A DNA stretch of 64,000 nt from Tricharina praecox (GCF_024521635.1 NW_026250426.1:1-64000); one strand, 5' to 3'. Positions 29,630 through 43,709 are shown, counted from the first letter of the stretch. The notes: a model not told the origin generated them from the sequence alone. A program made the numbers and translations.

Positions 29630-32296
29630 TATGATGATGTATGATATATCCGCTCGAAGTTACAGTTTAGAGTTAAGCTGGGGGGCGATGTCGCTGTTAT
29701 GAATAGGCTTTTCTCCTCTTCTTTCCACTCTGCCCCGCACATTCACCCCCACCATACCCACCCTCTGATTGGCGGGGTAGATTGTGGTGTCCGCTTTCAG
29801 AAAACGGACTCGATGAATCCTCGGTGGTGGTGGTCACGGGAGATGTACATGCAGGAGAATGCTCTAGTGGGGGAACCCTTGCCCATCGGTCATAGGTTAT
29901 CACGCAGGCTACGATGGTGGTGGTGTATTGGATGCGGGGCGGTTGGGTGTACGGGGCAATGGGGAACTCATATCGAGCCCCAAACATACATAATACGGGG
30001 AGAATAGTGGGGATCTGATTCTTTGGTGCGCGATCCGGTCTTGTAACTGCCATGGTATCGGTATACCTACGGTCGAATGCATTGATGATTCAACAAAAAA
30101 AAAGCGGTTGGAAGGACTGAACTGGTTCGAAACAACATGAGATTCAAATGATTCGATTGTAAACTTGCAATTTGCAAAGGCGAAGGAGCCTCTTCTCAGC
30201 CCAACCACATCCAAAAGACGGACCTGATGGCAAGGAACAAGTTCATCATAGGTATATTACCCCCGTCCATATCCCCCCATCTCCCCACCAATGAATCGGG
30301 CAAATCTGCATGTTGCATTCAACCATTTGCGGCTCACAAGTGGCCAAGGTGTGTCCATTCCCATGCTCGGAGCGGAACAACATAATGGCATTTCCAATAC
30401 TGTCTCACAGACCTAGCGCTACAACCGGTTTCAACCAAGACTTCATCGCCGCATTTCTCAATGAAGATCCAGGTAATGGTGGCCCAACTGAGAAGCAGTA
30501 GATCTATCGCACAACATACACACATTTCGTCTCAATGAAGAAAGAAAACCATCGCAAGGGTCTGAGAACCTGTGGTTTGGTCGAGTCGGAGGGTCGAAGT
30601 GAGGAGCACAAGCAATGCCAACAACTGTAATAACACAGTAGATTCACCCATAAAGAAAGCCGGATACCAAGTGTGATGATGGAAAAACAATGATTACACC
30701 CGAAAGAGAGCCCTAAACCCTGTCTCAGGACTGATCGCTGCTATCTAATCGTCGGGGCTCTTAATAATTCATCTAGGTAACCTGTTCTCATCTCATGACG
30801 ACAGTCTTCGTTACAACGGATGTGGCACAACATTGGATCCGATGACGCTGTATTCGAGCCTCCTTGATCTTCGACTACCGTACCGGCAGTCTGATTCCGG
30901 GCGAAACGAGGAAAATAAGGAAGCTGCCGGTTCCAAAACTGAGACGAGAGAAGTCAAAAGCTGCCGGGGCCAATCTACTCTAAACCGGCTGTCCTCGAAG
31001 CCGATCCTGTGGCTAAGCATCCTCCAGATGTGGCTCACTGTAACCTCTCAACTCGTAATTACACTCGATAGCACGAATTCTACTCGGCTTTCCCGTAGAT
31101 GCATACGAATCATTGATCAATCTCGCTGCGCATGCCCCGCGAAGAAAAAGGGGTGTTTGTTCGGAGAAAGGGAGTTTTGTGGGTTTCCCGCAGGATGAGC
31201 ACAGGATTGCCGGTATTGTGGGATCATGAGCCGTCGGGGGGAAATGAACACGGATAGGAGCGTCCTTCCTTCACAGAACACCACGGGAGAGTTCGTCTTG
31301 ACCTACTCGCTGTCTTACGTACGGTATGCACTTATATTTTCTCGATGAGTCCGCCCTCGACCCGAGTCCTCGAGTCGTCCGTTATGCTTGGACATGTTAT
31401 TCCACGTGAGGAGACTCGTGTAAGAACGCGGACAGCAAACTTTTCCATGCGGCTAGAAGTAGGTTCCCTCGTGGAGCAGAGATGACGAAAACAATAGGGC
31501 TCCACGGGAAAAGACGATGGAGAAGGATGCAAATAAGATATCGTGAAGTCACTCGCTGCTGAGCGAAAGCAAACAACCAGCAAAGTAAACAATCGGTGAC
31601 GGTGAATCGCAGCTGAGCATCATCCGTTATCAATCTATTATCTCTCTTGCCCTGCTTTGGGCTCACTCTCCTGCGCTGAGAACCCCCCTTTCTCGCTCAC
31701 CTCTCCTCCCACTCTCCTCAGTCTTAGACGTCTCCGCCATCCCTTTTTCTTCTCGTGTTTTCGCCGAAAAGAACACTTCTCTCTCTCCCACTCCTACTCA
31801 CACACAAACCGCATCCCTCCGAACGCCAACAACATCCGTTCGCCCAACCACCGCTGTCGTCCGCCAACACGCACTACCACCCACACCCAACTCCCACACA
31901 TCACACAACCACTACCATCCATCCTTCCTTTCCCTCAGCAAAAACTCACTACTCACCAACACCACAACCACCACCACCCCATTCTTCTCTCTGACAGACA
32001 ACTACCACTTCCCCTACTACCTCCCTCTTTCTTCCCCCACTCCTCCTAACAAAAACAACAACCACTCTCCAAACTTCTTTTCCCTCAAACAATCAAACTT
32101 CTACTTTCTGGCAATTGTTGTTACACTCAACTTGCTTCCCTTCTATTCCGGTAATTTCCAATCCTCCCCCGATGCTTCCTCTCCTTCCTCGCTTACTCTT
32201 CGCGCGCAAAGAATTTCCCTCACCGCCTTAACCCTCACACACACCCCCCCTCCTAACCACACTTAACCTACTACAACAAATCGTATATAAACGACA

Positions 32297-34223
32297 ATGG
32301 TAGCTCCGCGACGTGGCGCTCCCAAGCGCAAGGCTGACGCTTTGGATGAATCCACTTCCGCAACCAATGGCGTCGCTCCTGCTGTTACCGAGGAGACCGT
32401 GAAAAAGACGAGCGCGACTGCAACCACGGCGACGCGCAAGGGTCGCGCTGCAACCAAAACGGAAACCGAGAAGACCACCACCACGACTAAATCCACTGCC
32501 GCCGTCGCAAAGCCAAAGAAGACTGCCGCCGCTCCGAGAAAGGTCGCGAAACCCAAAGCTGCTACTTTCGCGCCAGAAGTCACTCCTCCGCCATCGGCGC
32601 GTGAGAGTTCCCGTCTCAAGGAAAAGACCCCCGAGAACATCGAGCCCCCGACTAAGAAGGCACGCGCTTCGCCAAAAGCTAAGTCTCCGGCCAAGCCAAA
32701 AGCCGCTGTGACCAAAGCCGCGCCGAAAGGCGCTGCGCCCAAAGCCGCTCCCAAAGCTGCTCCCAAGCCCGCTTCCAAAGCCGCGCCGAAGGCCAAAGTT
32801 GCTAAGCCTGTGCCGATTCTCACCGCCGTTCCGAGCGACCGTGTGAACGTGTTCGCGTGCGGAACTGGAGAGTACGGTGAACTCGGTCTCGGTCCGTCGC
32901 CAAAGGCAAAGACTGTGGGAAGGCCTAGATTGAATGCGCTGCTACCAATCGACTCCGTTGGCGTCGTCGCTGTCGCTTACGGTGGCATGCACGGAATGGT
33001 CTTGACCCATGACGGCAAGGTCTACACGTGGGGAGTGAACGACTTGGGTGCTCTGGGCAGAATCACCAAGGCGAAAGACGAGAAACTCAAGGATGCCGAT
33101 GCCGACTCCATCGATAGTGACGATGAAGATGAGGTACCACTCAACGAGGACGAGAGTACGCCAAAGATGGTCGAGTTTCCCGAGGGAACTGTCATCACGA
33201 GGATTGCCGCTGGAGACAGTCTTTCGCTCGCGGTCACCAACACGGGTCAAGTGTATGGTTGGGGTACCTTCAGGGTGAGTCCACTTCTATTCCCCCGGAG
33301 GAATTGCTTGCTTTGCTTCTTTTCTTTCTTTCTTTTTCTCCATGCTGACCTTTTTCTAGTCTAACGACGGTGTTTTGGGCTTCTCCGAACATGTCCGCAT
33401 CCAGCAGACTCCCGCGCTCGTCGACAATCTCAAGAACATCATCAATGTTGTTTGCGGCAACGACCATGCTCTCGCTCTCGATGTCAAGGGCAAGGCTTGG
33501 GCGTGGGGCAACGGACAACAGAACCAGCTCGGTCGTCGTGTCGTTGAGCGCACGCGCATGAACGGTCTTAGGCCCCGCGAGCTCGGTATCCCCCGCAAGA
33601 AGGTCAAGTCGATCCACTCTGGTTCGTTCCACTCCTTCGCCATCACGACCGATGGTTTGGTCTATTCTTGGGGCTTGAATTCGTTCGCCCAGTGCGGTAT
33701 CTACGAGGAGGCCAAGGACGACACGACGACTCTGGTTGTTCCTGTCCCGACGCGCGTGCGTGCCCTCGACGACAAGGATGTCATCCAGGTAGAGGGAGGT
33801 GACCGTCACTCGATCGCTCTCACCAGCAAGGGAGAGCTTCTGGCCTGGGGACGCATGGATGCTCACCAGGTCGGAATCGACCACGAGAAGCTCCCCGTCG
33901 AGGATGTCATCCTTGACGTTTCCGGAAAGCCCCGCTGCCTCATCGTCCCACACAAGGTCTGCGATGGAGTCTTTGACTTCATCGCGTCCGGGTCCAACCA
34001 CAGCATCGCTCTCGCCAGGGAGGATGGCTCGGCGTACTCGTGGGGCTTTGGGGACCTCTTCCAGTGCGGGCAGGGGCCCAGCGGGGTGGATGTCGCCGTC
34101 CCGACCAAGATCGAGAACACCGCTACCAAAGGTGTTCGCATGACTGGCGCCGCTTGCGGTGGCCAAGTCACGGTCCTTGCTGGTCTTCCTGCTCCTTCCT
34201 CTGGGGCGCCGAACGGTGTTTAA
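32297..34223 (+). CDS. SRM1: RCC1/Prp20(Srm1)/Pim1 Ran guanine-nucleotide exchange factor
   Basis: Long K/A/P-rich basic N-tail, then RCC1 repeats (GELGLG, GGMH, VYTWGVNDLGALGR, VYGWGTFR, WGNGQQNQLGRR). One intron at about 33275-33358. Confidence 0.92.
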
Positions 34224-35742
34224 AGACATCCGTAAGGTTGTCTTAGAGGGGGGGTCGGGAGGATCGGGTGGTCGGGCGGGGGGCGGAAGAGGGGTGGAAG
34301 AGGGGGGAGGAGATATTACTGATGACACGAGCGGGAAGGCTCGTTGTCTTTTTTTTTTCTTTTCTGTTTTTTTAGTTTTTTTTTCAAAATTCTTACTTTT
34401 TTCTTTTTTCTTTGTCTTTCGTTCTTTTTCCTAGTCTGGAGCGGGGGTTTTATTGGTCATTTCCTATCATCCAGTGGTGAGGGGAGAGAAGGGGAGGAGG
34501 GGGGGGAGTGGGCGAAGGAGAGGCTGGGAGGGGATCCATCGGAGTTTTGTTTTTTGAGATTCGATTCGAGGGGCATATTTGTTTTTTTCTTTCAAGTTTG
34601 TACCATAGACATCCTCTCCCTCTCCGGTATCGACTCCATTGTGTATTGTCCTCTTGTGGTCCTGGTCCTTAATCTCACATTTTTGGTTTTGCTCAAACTA
34701 TTATGGTTTCGGGGGGTCAAAAGATCGTTCTTTGTGGAAACCTCTAAGTGCGAGTGATATCGCGTAGATGGCTCTAGAAGAAACCATTGTTGTACGATGC
34801 GGACTGGTATCTATTAGAGCCTACCACTACCTAGCAAACGAGCGAACCAAGCGTATATACTCCTCCGGGACCGGCTGCGAAGGGTCCAAGCCGGCTCGAG
34901 CCGGTTCAAGTCGATTCCTGCTGCTCCGGAGCGCAAGATTCGGATCTTGTAGTAGTCGGAGCACAGCATCTCGATTCTGCGTGTGGCACAACTCACAACT
35001 CACAACTCACAGTCTCGGGCCGACCTGTCCCCCCGGTAATATCGAGCACACTCTGGAGCTATGTGGGCGGGTCCTTCGTACATACATAGAACCAGCAGAT
35101 GGTGCGGAACGGAGGGTCATGATCTTCTCGTTCTTTGCGTGGCCGGGGTCGAGTAGCCATACCCAGCGTGGGATGGATACGGGAAATAATATGCTGTTTA
35201 CCCAGTTTCTTACACGTTGCCAAACGTTGAGTTCTTGCATAGTGAATACTCTTGTACATTCTTGTGCCTATCAGAAAGTGTATTCCAGGTCTAACGGCGG
35301 AAATACTAGTAGACACTCTACCCCCTTCCTCCTCCCTCCCTCCTTCCTCCAGCCATGCCCCACGGCCCACCCACCAGATTGTACATATATCGAGAACTAA
35401 TAACTGTAGAACATAGAAATACAACCCACCTGAACCCTTTGGATAGGTAGATAGAGATAAAAGAAAGAGCAACAGGTATTTAGTCAATACAGAAAAAAAA
35501 GCAGCCAAAGCTTTGGCAAAGCATATAGTAGCCCCGCAAACAAACAAACAAACACGCCGACCGAAACGCCTTCCAAAGGAGTCAGAAAGAAAAGAAAAGA
35601 AAAGAAAAAAATACGTATCATAGAGTAGGAAGGAGATGGTCAGAAGAAAAAAAAAGAATAAGGGTGAAATTGCGCCAGTAAAAACCAATACCAAACGAAG
35701 TGAAAAGCCAAAATAATATTGCAAACCAACACAGCCCGTATC

Positions 35743-38074
35743 TCACTGTCCTACTTTTTTCTTCTTGGCATCATCTTCCGCCTTGCCGTAGTCGAGGGGC
35801 AACAACTCTAAGTTCCGCAGCTCCCACAGTATTCGAACTCGCGCGTGATGGATATCCTGGCTAGGGTAATTTGGGATCCCACCCCGCGAGATGACCTCCA
35901 TGGTCTTCAACACGAAGACGCCGCAGTCGTTGGTGTTGGCCTGCTGCGGATAGTCGGGCATCTCGTAATTCTCCCATTCGTCCAGGTTGACCTGTCCCCG
36001 AGTTTCGTTGTGGAGATAATACCGCAGAACCTATTACATTGGTTAGTGATGGAGACGGGAGGAGGGAATGGGTGGGATATACATTGAAAGGTGCGTTAAC
36101 ACCATGGCGTCGCCGCATAGAATCGTAGTATTCGAACCGTTTGGCTGGTGGATTAATGGCCGCCAGGGTCCAATGATTATTATTTTCGATCATGGGGAAA
36201 ATGATTAACGAGCACTCCAGAAGCTTCATCCCCCCGCAACCCCGTTTCGTCGCGAAGTTTTGGACCCTTAGGTAGCCGTTTGGTTCTCTCAACGAGTTGA
36301 AAAACCAATGGGTAAAGGTCATGACTCTAGGCTTTTCCCGTTCGAAGACAAGTCTGCAGTAATGGTTAATTGCGTCGTCATTCAGCCAACCTTGAAAGTT
36401 GTTTGAAACCACTCTCCAAAGAGCGGTAGTGGTGATTCCGATGAATTCGCGCGGGTCCATGAAGCACACCTGCTTGTAGACAACTTCCTTTTTCGCCAGG
36501 GCATCCGCTCTAATCCTAACGACTAATTTGCCGACTTCCTCCAGTTCTTTACCGCGTAGAGGCCTTATAACCTCCCGCTGCGCCTAGAAGTCCGGCAAAT
36601 ATACACGTCAGCATCAAAGACTTGAACACTTCAAAAAAGACACGAACCCTTCTCTTTTCTTCTATCCTTGCCAACTCTGCCTAGAAGTCCGCCATATAAT
36701 ACGTCAACACGTGTAAACTGCGGTGGTGGGCCCGGAAAGAAACGCACCTCTGCACGTTTTTGTTCCTCCTCTGCACGTATCCGTTCCACCTCGGCATCTA
36801 TCTCCTGCTGTCTAACCCGAGCAGCGTCCAACGTTTGGAAGCCATTGGTTTCCGTTTGCAATTTACCGATAGTTGCTCCGAGGATCTCCTCTATTGCGCT
36901 ACCTGCGTCTCTCGCTCGCTCAATCTACCGCCAACTGTGAGTAAATTACCCAAGGGATCAAGCCCGAACCCCATAAACATACCGCTCTGATAGTTCTAGC
37001 TTCCTTCTTCTTCTCAGGCTTCTTTACTCGAGATCCAAGCCTGTCCGACGGGCGCCGGGGCGTGGAATGGGGCGTCGAAAGCGGTATTCCCATAGTGGGT
37101 TTTCGTATCTGGCTTCTCCCAGGAGTTCCAGTCTGAAATGCTTGCTGTCGATTCCCCCGTATAGTTGTCTTAATGTCCTCAGCTTCTTCTCGGCGGATGA
37201 GAGCGCTTTCATATATCTGACTGGCATTCTTCCGTGGCCGCCTCTTGGGATTGAAGGGCTTCTCGGCCTGTCCGAACAGAAACGTAGTCACACCATCATG
37301 TTCGACCCTTGACATCTGTGTGAGTTTCTTTGAGAGCAAAGGTGTATGCGCCACCACCTTTCGCACAGGCGTTTCATCCTCGGAGGCAAGCGGCGACGGC
37401 AACTGATGGTGCGCAGGTAGTTTCTTTATTGATATCTCATCGGGTCCGGGGATCCCGATCTTTAGTCGCTCGGTATTGACCTGTGATGCGGCACCGCTAT
37501 CATTGCCACCTGTTGCACGCTGAGTGGCAGTTTCGATGGTATCTTTATGCTTCGCTGTCAAGTGTCAGCGACGAACACGTTACAAACTGACCTGTAGGGA
37601 TCGAACAAACCTTGGCCTTCTAAGACGCCCTCCTTCCCCTCTGTAACCGCCCCGTCCTTTACAGCTGCCTCGTCCCCTGTAGCTGTTTTATACTCTGATT
37701 CTGCCGACTGGTCGTCATCGCCATCGTCCGGTGCGGCCGTGGTACTTGTTGGCCGGCCAAGAGAAACTATAGCTCCGCCAACTTGGATTAGAAATGGGCA
37801 CCCCCCATAGGGTAGGGGAAAGAGTTTGAATACCAAAGCTGAATATCCAGCTTAAACCGTCCACTGCTCGTCCCCAGAATCCAGTCCGCCGACGTATCGG
37901 CGCGCGTTCGGGAACGCAGTCTACTTCGTCGGCATCACTCATCTCGTCGTACGATCTTTTTCGCGAGCTCGTCGAAGACGCGACGGAGGTCGGGGAAGGG
38001 GCGCGCGCAAACTTTGGAGGTTGCGGTTGTGGCGATGGCGAGGAGTGTGGAGAGTCAATGGCTGCGGAATCCAT
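35743..38074 (-). CDS. ULP1: Ulp1-family SUMO protease (peptidase C48), spliced
   Basis: WLNDDAINHY, catalytic His in NHWTLA, Asp in YYDS and Gln/Cys in PQQANTNDCGVF. Long disordered N-terminus whose exon structure is less certain. Confidence 0.85.
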
Positions 38075-39856
38075 CCTACGTATGAGGATGGTACCGTCCC
38101 AAGGCTATGTGGACGGTCGTTGTTGGCTTGTTTGTCGGAGGCGGCTGCGGTGCGCGGCGATGATTGCAGACGGTGGTTGTTGCGATGACGCGACAAGCGG
38201 TGGGTGCTTGGGCTAGACGTTATGTTGATTGAGCCACGCGCGTAGTCACCAGTCGAGCAGGAGAGATGCAATGCTATGCTGTGTAGACGGATCGATGGGG
38301 AGGGGTGGGTGTGGTGGTAGGGGTGGTAGGGATGGTCGCAGACGGGTAGGGATGTGGAGGAAGGAAGAATGGAAGAGTCGAGGATTCGTTCTTCAAGCTT
38401 GAAGAATATGAGGCTACTCGGCGAAGACAAGCTCTTGCTCTTTCTTCGCCTCGTTCTTGATTGCTGTGTATCCCTCACTGCTAGCTCTGTTTCTGGGCGA
38501 CATCGAATTTTGAAGTTCGCGATAACTCACAACGAGCACAGACTGCCAAGCCCCCAGAGCCGCATTCGTTTCAGTGCGGCTTAGCTAAGCAAACGGTGAA
38601 ATTGAGTGAATCACTGCAGGTTACGGGTGAGAATGCATGAACACTTCAACTGTTAGTATTTCGAAAAACTGAGCAAATAAAACTGTAACCCTGTTTGGAT
38701 GGCACAAAAACTGAGAGAGAAAAACTGGAACTATGCGGCTCCGGCGATGAAACGGGAACTGACTCCTGGAGGTCAGTTTCTTCACCGCCACTCAGTACCG
38801 CATTTTAACTTCAACCATGGCCGGTGTCTTCACTGAGGCACGGGGAAGAGAAAAAAGCGGGGCTGCAATGTATCTACTATTAAAATTTCGGTGAACCCTA
38901 TTATTCAGGCTTATGGCTGAGTATACTGAGAACTGCCAAACACTCCGTTCACCTCAAGATTTTCCGGAAACTGTAACTGAACAGTATTTGGTGTCCGGCG
39001 GGAAACTGAATTTGGCTCTAAAACTGGAACTGAAAAGTGAGCCTATATATCCGAACGGTCCTAAGTATTACGTCGGATATGGGCTGAAAATATTGAAACT
39101 TTTCCAGTGAAACGGCGGACGGGACTGGACTAATCCCCTCTAGATATGTAGAACACTACTTGTACCACCGTCAAGTGTGATTCCTCTCTCCAAGTGTTCA
39201 CCTATGTCATCCAGCAGCAATCTAGCGGCTCAGATATTAGGTATTGTCTTCTGGTAGCATCCTGAGAATTTGCTGTAGTCATCGAAGAAGAGCAGAGCTT
39301 GATGTCGCCTCAAGCCAGCCTGCACTCCAATAATATTTCCCGCCGATGGTCCACTAGTTATTGATGTATTGTACAATAGCCACGTCGGCAATGCTCGGGT
39401 AAAGGCACATTCAACAGCAATAAGATCTACCATTACACTCGGCCATACGTACCCAAGTACCTAATGGTTTACGTAACTTCAACGAGTCGGCCGAGAAAGA
39501 CGCGGCTACGCATGAAGGAGCTGCGGCTGCCAGTCGCGCATAGAAAAACTCAAAATCGATGATCGCGCCTCCAGACTACGAATAGATAGCGCAGCAAGTG
39601 CACTCCGATCATGTTAGGGAAGGGCAGAGCGAGTAATCACCAGAATGCCACCCCCCCGGCACTACCCAGCTACGAAACATTCCAGAGCTCAAAGCCGCAG
39701 TGCATTCCAAGCTGACTCGGTTCCGTTCTGTTGCGCTCCCTGGCATGTCTCTGCAGTTGGTGTTTGTTAGCACAGGATCTGACGGCTGATCCCCTCCCCA
39801 CAGGGAAGCAGTGTAGGCGAGGCTGGCGAAGTATCGGGGCACCGTGATTGTGGTAT

Positions 39857-39904
39857 GGATGGGTGTTACTGGTGCAGATATATCTGCACCAGTAACACCC
39901 ATCC
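39857..39904. repeat. Perfect 48-bp palindrome without spacer
   Basis: GGATGGGTGTTACTGGTGCAGATA|TATCTGCACCAGTAACACCCATCC; the two 24-nt arms are exact reverse complements. Confidence 0.97.
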
Positions 39905-41069
39905 CTCGACCGGCGACGCAGAAAACCGTAAGCTTCATTACTGATGCCTACAAGCACATGTGGCTTATCTGGCTTATCTCCCACCGGATCGGCGTATTGC
40001 ACCGACGAACTGGATAGTGCGGGGAGAGGCGGGAAGGGAGCTGGAAGCCCAGACCGAGTGATCACCCATGACCTGCAGAAGCGCTTGCTGAAACCACTGT
40101 CGCGCGCTTACGCTCAGAATCTCGCGGTGGGACACTCTGTAACTGTCAATCCTGCTTGTAATGGCCTAGTACGGGGTAGGCTGGAAGAGCAGTGCTCCGC
40201 GGAAGCTTGCATTGGGTAAGGCGTCCCGGAAACGGGTTGTCGGGTTTGGTTCGCGAATTCTTTGCAGTTGGCCACTCACGCCTGGATGTAGGATGGAATG
40301 TAGCGAGACGGCACACGATGTCATGTGTTGGCACTTACTCTACATCCATCCGGGCGAATGGGCTCCCTACACGGCGTACTAAGTGATTAGCTGGTGTCCG
40401 CGGAAGAGACGAAGACTGGAGGATCCTTACCGCCGGTATAATTAGGCTAGTATTAGGTATTCGCCTGCCAGGCCGGATGTGCTCTGGGCAGCCGAACCTA
40501 AAACACTGCTGACGGTCCTGGGAGACGTGGGACCCGAGCCAAGGGGGATTGATGTGCCACTGCGCACTTGGAGGAAGAGGCGATTCACGGTAGCAGTCCG
40601 TCTAGTAGCGTTGGAATCAGCGCGGTATGTACATACATTACTACCGGTACATGTCTACCTATCATCTATGTAAGTAAATAAGCTGCAAGCATCGTACAAG
40701 ACATTCAAGTAAGCTCTTGGGTGCTATTCGCCGAATCCGCGATATCACTTGTGTCTGGGGCTGGTACATACATTTGTGCGTAGCTCTTCTATGGTATGTA
40801 CAGGACTAGATTTTATTCGGATTGTGAGGTGGGTTAGTTCTTAAAGAATGCAATCCGTCATATGCTCGCAGAATCTTCACCGTCAGTGAGCGTTTGGCAG
40901 CTCATGGAGCACAAGTCGCGCTAATTCGCGGTTAACAAAGGCCGCTAATTAGGCGAGACGTTCGTGATGACAGCAACGGTTGCCCACAGGACTGTAGTCA
41001 CCTTCCCCACAATAAACCGCCACTCATCACAAGCAACCACACCATCTCAACAAGCAACAGCCAGAAACA

Positions 41070-42358
41070 ATGTCCATCAATCCATTCAGCCCTTCGACGA
41101 TTCTGCGGCTGATATCCGAAAGCCTCCCGTCCGACGAGCAGCCGCAGCTCAAAAATCCCCAAGATGCCATCGCAATCTTCATCCACGCCTGCATGCTCAC
41201 CGTGGGCTTCAGGTTGGTCGGGCTCAGTGAGGATGACCGGATATGTATGCATCCACCCGTCGCGGTGCCCCCTGTCTCGGGCCTATATGCTAACGTGGAG
41301 CTTCGTTAGCTTCGCCCTCCGACGAATCGGCGCCCCAGCCGTTGCCGTCGAACTGGAATTCGAGCAGTGGCAGTAGCTATGGCTTCCGATACTCGCACTC
41401 GCAGTCATCGATGGTATTTCTCGTTAAGATCAACCGGCTCGGCGGGAAGACCGTGATCATGGGTCTCGGACTGGGCGACGACAAGACCACCAGTTTCGAT
41501 ATAGTCACCAAAGATTTCACGAGCGAGAGCTTCTTCCCATACAGCAGCATCGGCAGCGAAGGAGATCAGCTGGAAATCCTTCAGGACGGATTCATTTCCA
41601 CCAACAGGATGTCAGATCTCGCTATCCTCGTTAAGATCAACATTGTCCAGAAACTCGTGCCGGGAATAATTAAGCCGGGCTACGAGGAAGAGGCGGAGGA
41701 AACCAAGGGTGGTGGTGGTGGTGGCGGACAAGCTTCGCGTCAACAGCAGCAACCGCGCCCCCACCATGACGACGGCAATAATCCTCTACCCGTACCCCCG
41801 CCGTACGGAAGCCCATACGGCGGACTCCCGAGAGGCGGACCGCCACCTATCCCTGCAGGCGGCGAGCATATCCCCGGGTTTGACGATGAATACGGAATCT
41901 ATCAGCCACCCAGAGGCAGAGGCGGATATGGATATCCTCCGGGGGGTAGGAATCCGCTCAGCATCGGAGCAGACGACTTGAACCCGCCTGGCCTGGGACC
42001 GAATCCCCCGATGGTGGGTCCTTTCTTCGGTGAAGGAAGCGGATCGAGCGGGATGCATCCAACGGGCGATCACCCGATATTTGGAGGTAATGGGGGAGGT
42101 AGAATGGGAATGAGAGGAGGATATGGACGGTACGTGCCTTGACTCTGACTTTCAATATTCCGGACAAACCGCTGACCTGTGTCCAACCTTAGGGGGCCAC
42201 CGGGCTCGCGTTACGATCCGATTGGCCCAGGAGACGAGCAGCCGATGGGAGGATTGAGAGGCCCTCGAGGACCGGGTGGACCTGGGGGTGGTCCCGGATT
42301 CGGGGGGAGCGGGCCGCACAATCCGTTCTCCAGCTACGGAAGTGGGGATTTCATGTGA
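41070..42358 (+). CDS. PI31 proteasome regulator (PSMF1/Fub1-like), spliced
   Basis: FP-domain-like AIAIFIHACMLTVGFRLVGL, YGFRYSHSQSSM; Pro/Gly-rich tail with IGADDLNPPGLG, GMHPT and PPGSRYDPIGP. Confidence 0.87.
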
Positions 42359-43506
42359 TGGAACCGCGTTTCTTGCTTTCATGTATGCTTCTCATTCTTT
42401 GGGTTCATATGATGGCGTCGTGTCTCATCACCTTCTTTTGTGCTTCCTCTCTTCCGGTTCTGGTTGTCCCTCATGAAATGACGACGCTTCGTTGCGATCT
42501 TGCGATCTTGCGTTCTCTCGGTCCCATAATGATCTGTGATGAAACATCGAACACGGAATAGCCTGCGATTACACAGTTAGCTACGTACTACCAGCGAGCA
42601 CTCTAGAGCCACTATATCTGCAGTGCGGTCACTGGAGCCAGTAGTGTTACCAATATTAGATTATTGCGGCATACCAAGACGTCGATCCAAGAGTCCGGGC
42701 CCCGGAGACAGACATCACTCTTCTGCATCCCGTTCCCGGGTAGACTTAGTGCTGGGCGTGCGGCCGAGGTTGAAGCTGCGCAACCCATCGCCGGAGCCTT
42801 GTGGGGGGCGGCTACGTCATGGCAAGGATGATCTACACAACGGCGATGGTTCAACTTCCATGTGATAAGCTCCGTATGTATGTACGAGCGGATATCCATA
42901 CGATGTACTTGGTATGTAGAGTGGGTACTTTACTCTACAGACCGCAATCTAGGTACTCTACGTCGATCATGGATTCTCCAGGCACCGTGTCACCGTGCAG
43001 AGCACTTTCTCGATTTTCCCAGTTTCGAGATGCCCCCGTGTCCCGCCATGGGGTTGTTGAATCACGCGACGCTGATTGCGATCGCAGAGGACGCTGGTGG
43101 GGGATGATGCAAGGGCCCATCGATGTTCCCCTCCATGTCCTGAGAGGATGGATTGACGATTCGTCCTTGTCACGGAGATGTGATCCGCACAGGTTTGGGA
43201 GCAGTGGCGGACGCACGCAAGCCCCAGCGTGCTTCGCTCCACCCTACTCTACTCCGGGTACTAGTAAACACGCTCATGCAGAACTTGCTAGATACAGTAG
43301 CGGATTGTGGGGTTGCGGTTACGGGCGGCTTGCATTTCTTTGTGCCCGCCTTGCTGTGGTGGTGTTGCTGCCTTGATGTGGCGCCGTCCCAGGCCAAACT
43401 GGGCTTAGCGGCTATGTCGTAACCACCCATCTAAAGCATGGCGCCGCACTCGCGGCGAGCAAACAGTGACGTTTCGATGACGATGACGATGATCATCGTC
43501 GTCGAA

Positions 43507-43539
43507 GCAGCAACAGCAGCAGCAACAGCGGCAGCAACA

Positions 43540-43624
<85 letters not shown>

Positions 43625-43630
43625 GCAGCA
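43507..43630 (+). repeat. (GCA/CAG)n trinucleotide tract upstream of HSP12
   Basis: About 40 triplets, with a pure run of roughly 26 GCA units at about 43544-43623. Confidence 0.95.
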
Positions 43631-43702
43631 CGCGAAACGTTGAAGCTAGAGCCCTAAAAATTTGGCCGATCTCCCACTCACCGAGTCCGGACGTACACCA
43701 TC

Positions 43703-43709
43703 TATAAAA
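43703..43709 (+). promoter_or_regulatory. TATA box of HSP12-like gene
   Basis: TATAAAA followed by a pyrimidine-rich tract, about 135 bp before the ATG. Confidence 0.65.

Noticed and set aside
30672..30735. Possible box C/D snoRNA (GTGATGA...CTGA) with CCTGTCTCA resembling an LSU rRNA complement
   Set aside because: Complementarity (recalled from memory) is only about 9 nt with a mismatch close to the D box, and no terminal stem is evident. A snoscan/Rfam hit would be needed.
33270..34328. 352-aa minus-strand ORF, and similar overlapping ORFs over VPS15 (22797-23849, 22841-23551) and PAT1
   Set aside because: Shadow or alternate frames of GC3-rich coding sequence.
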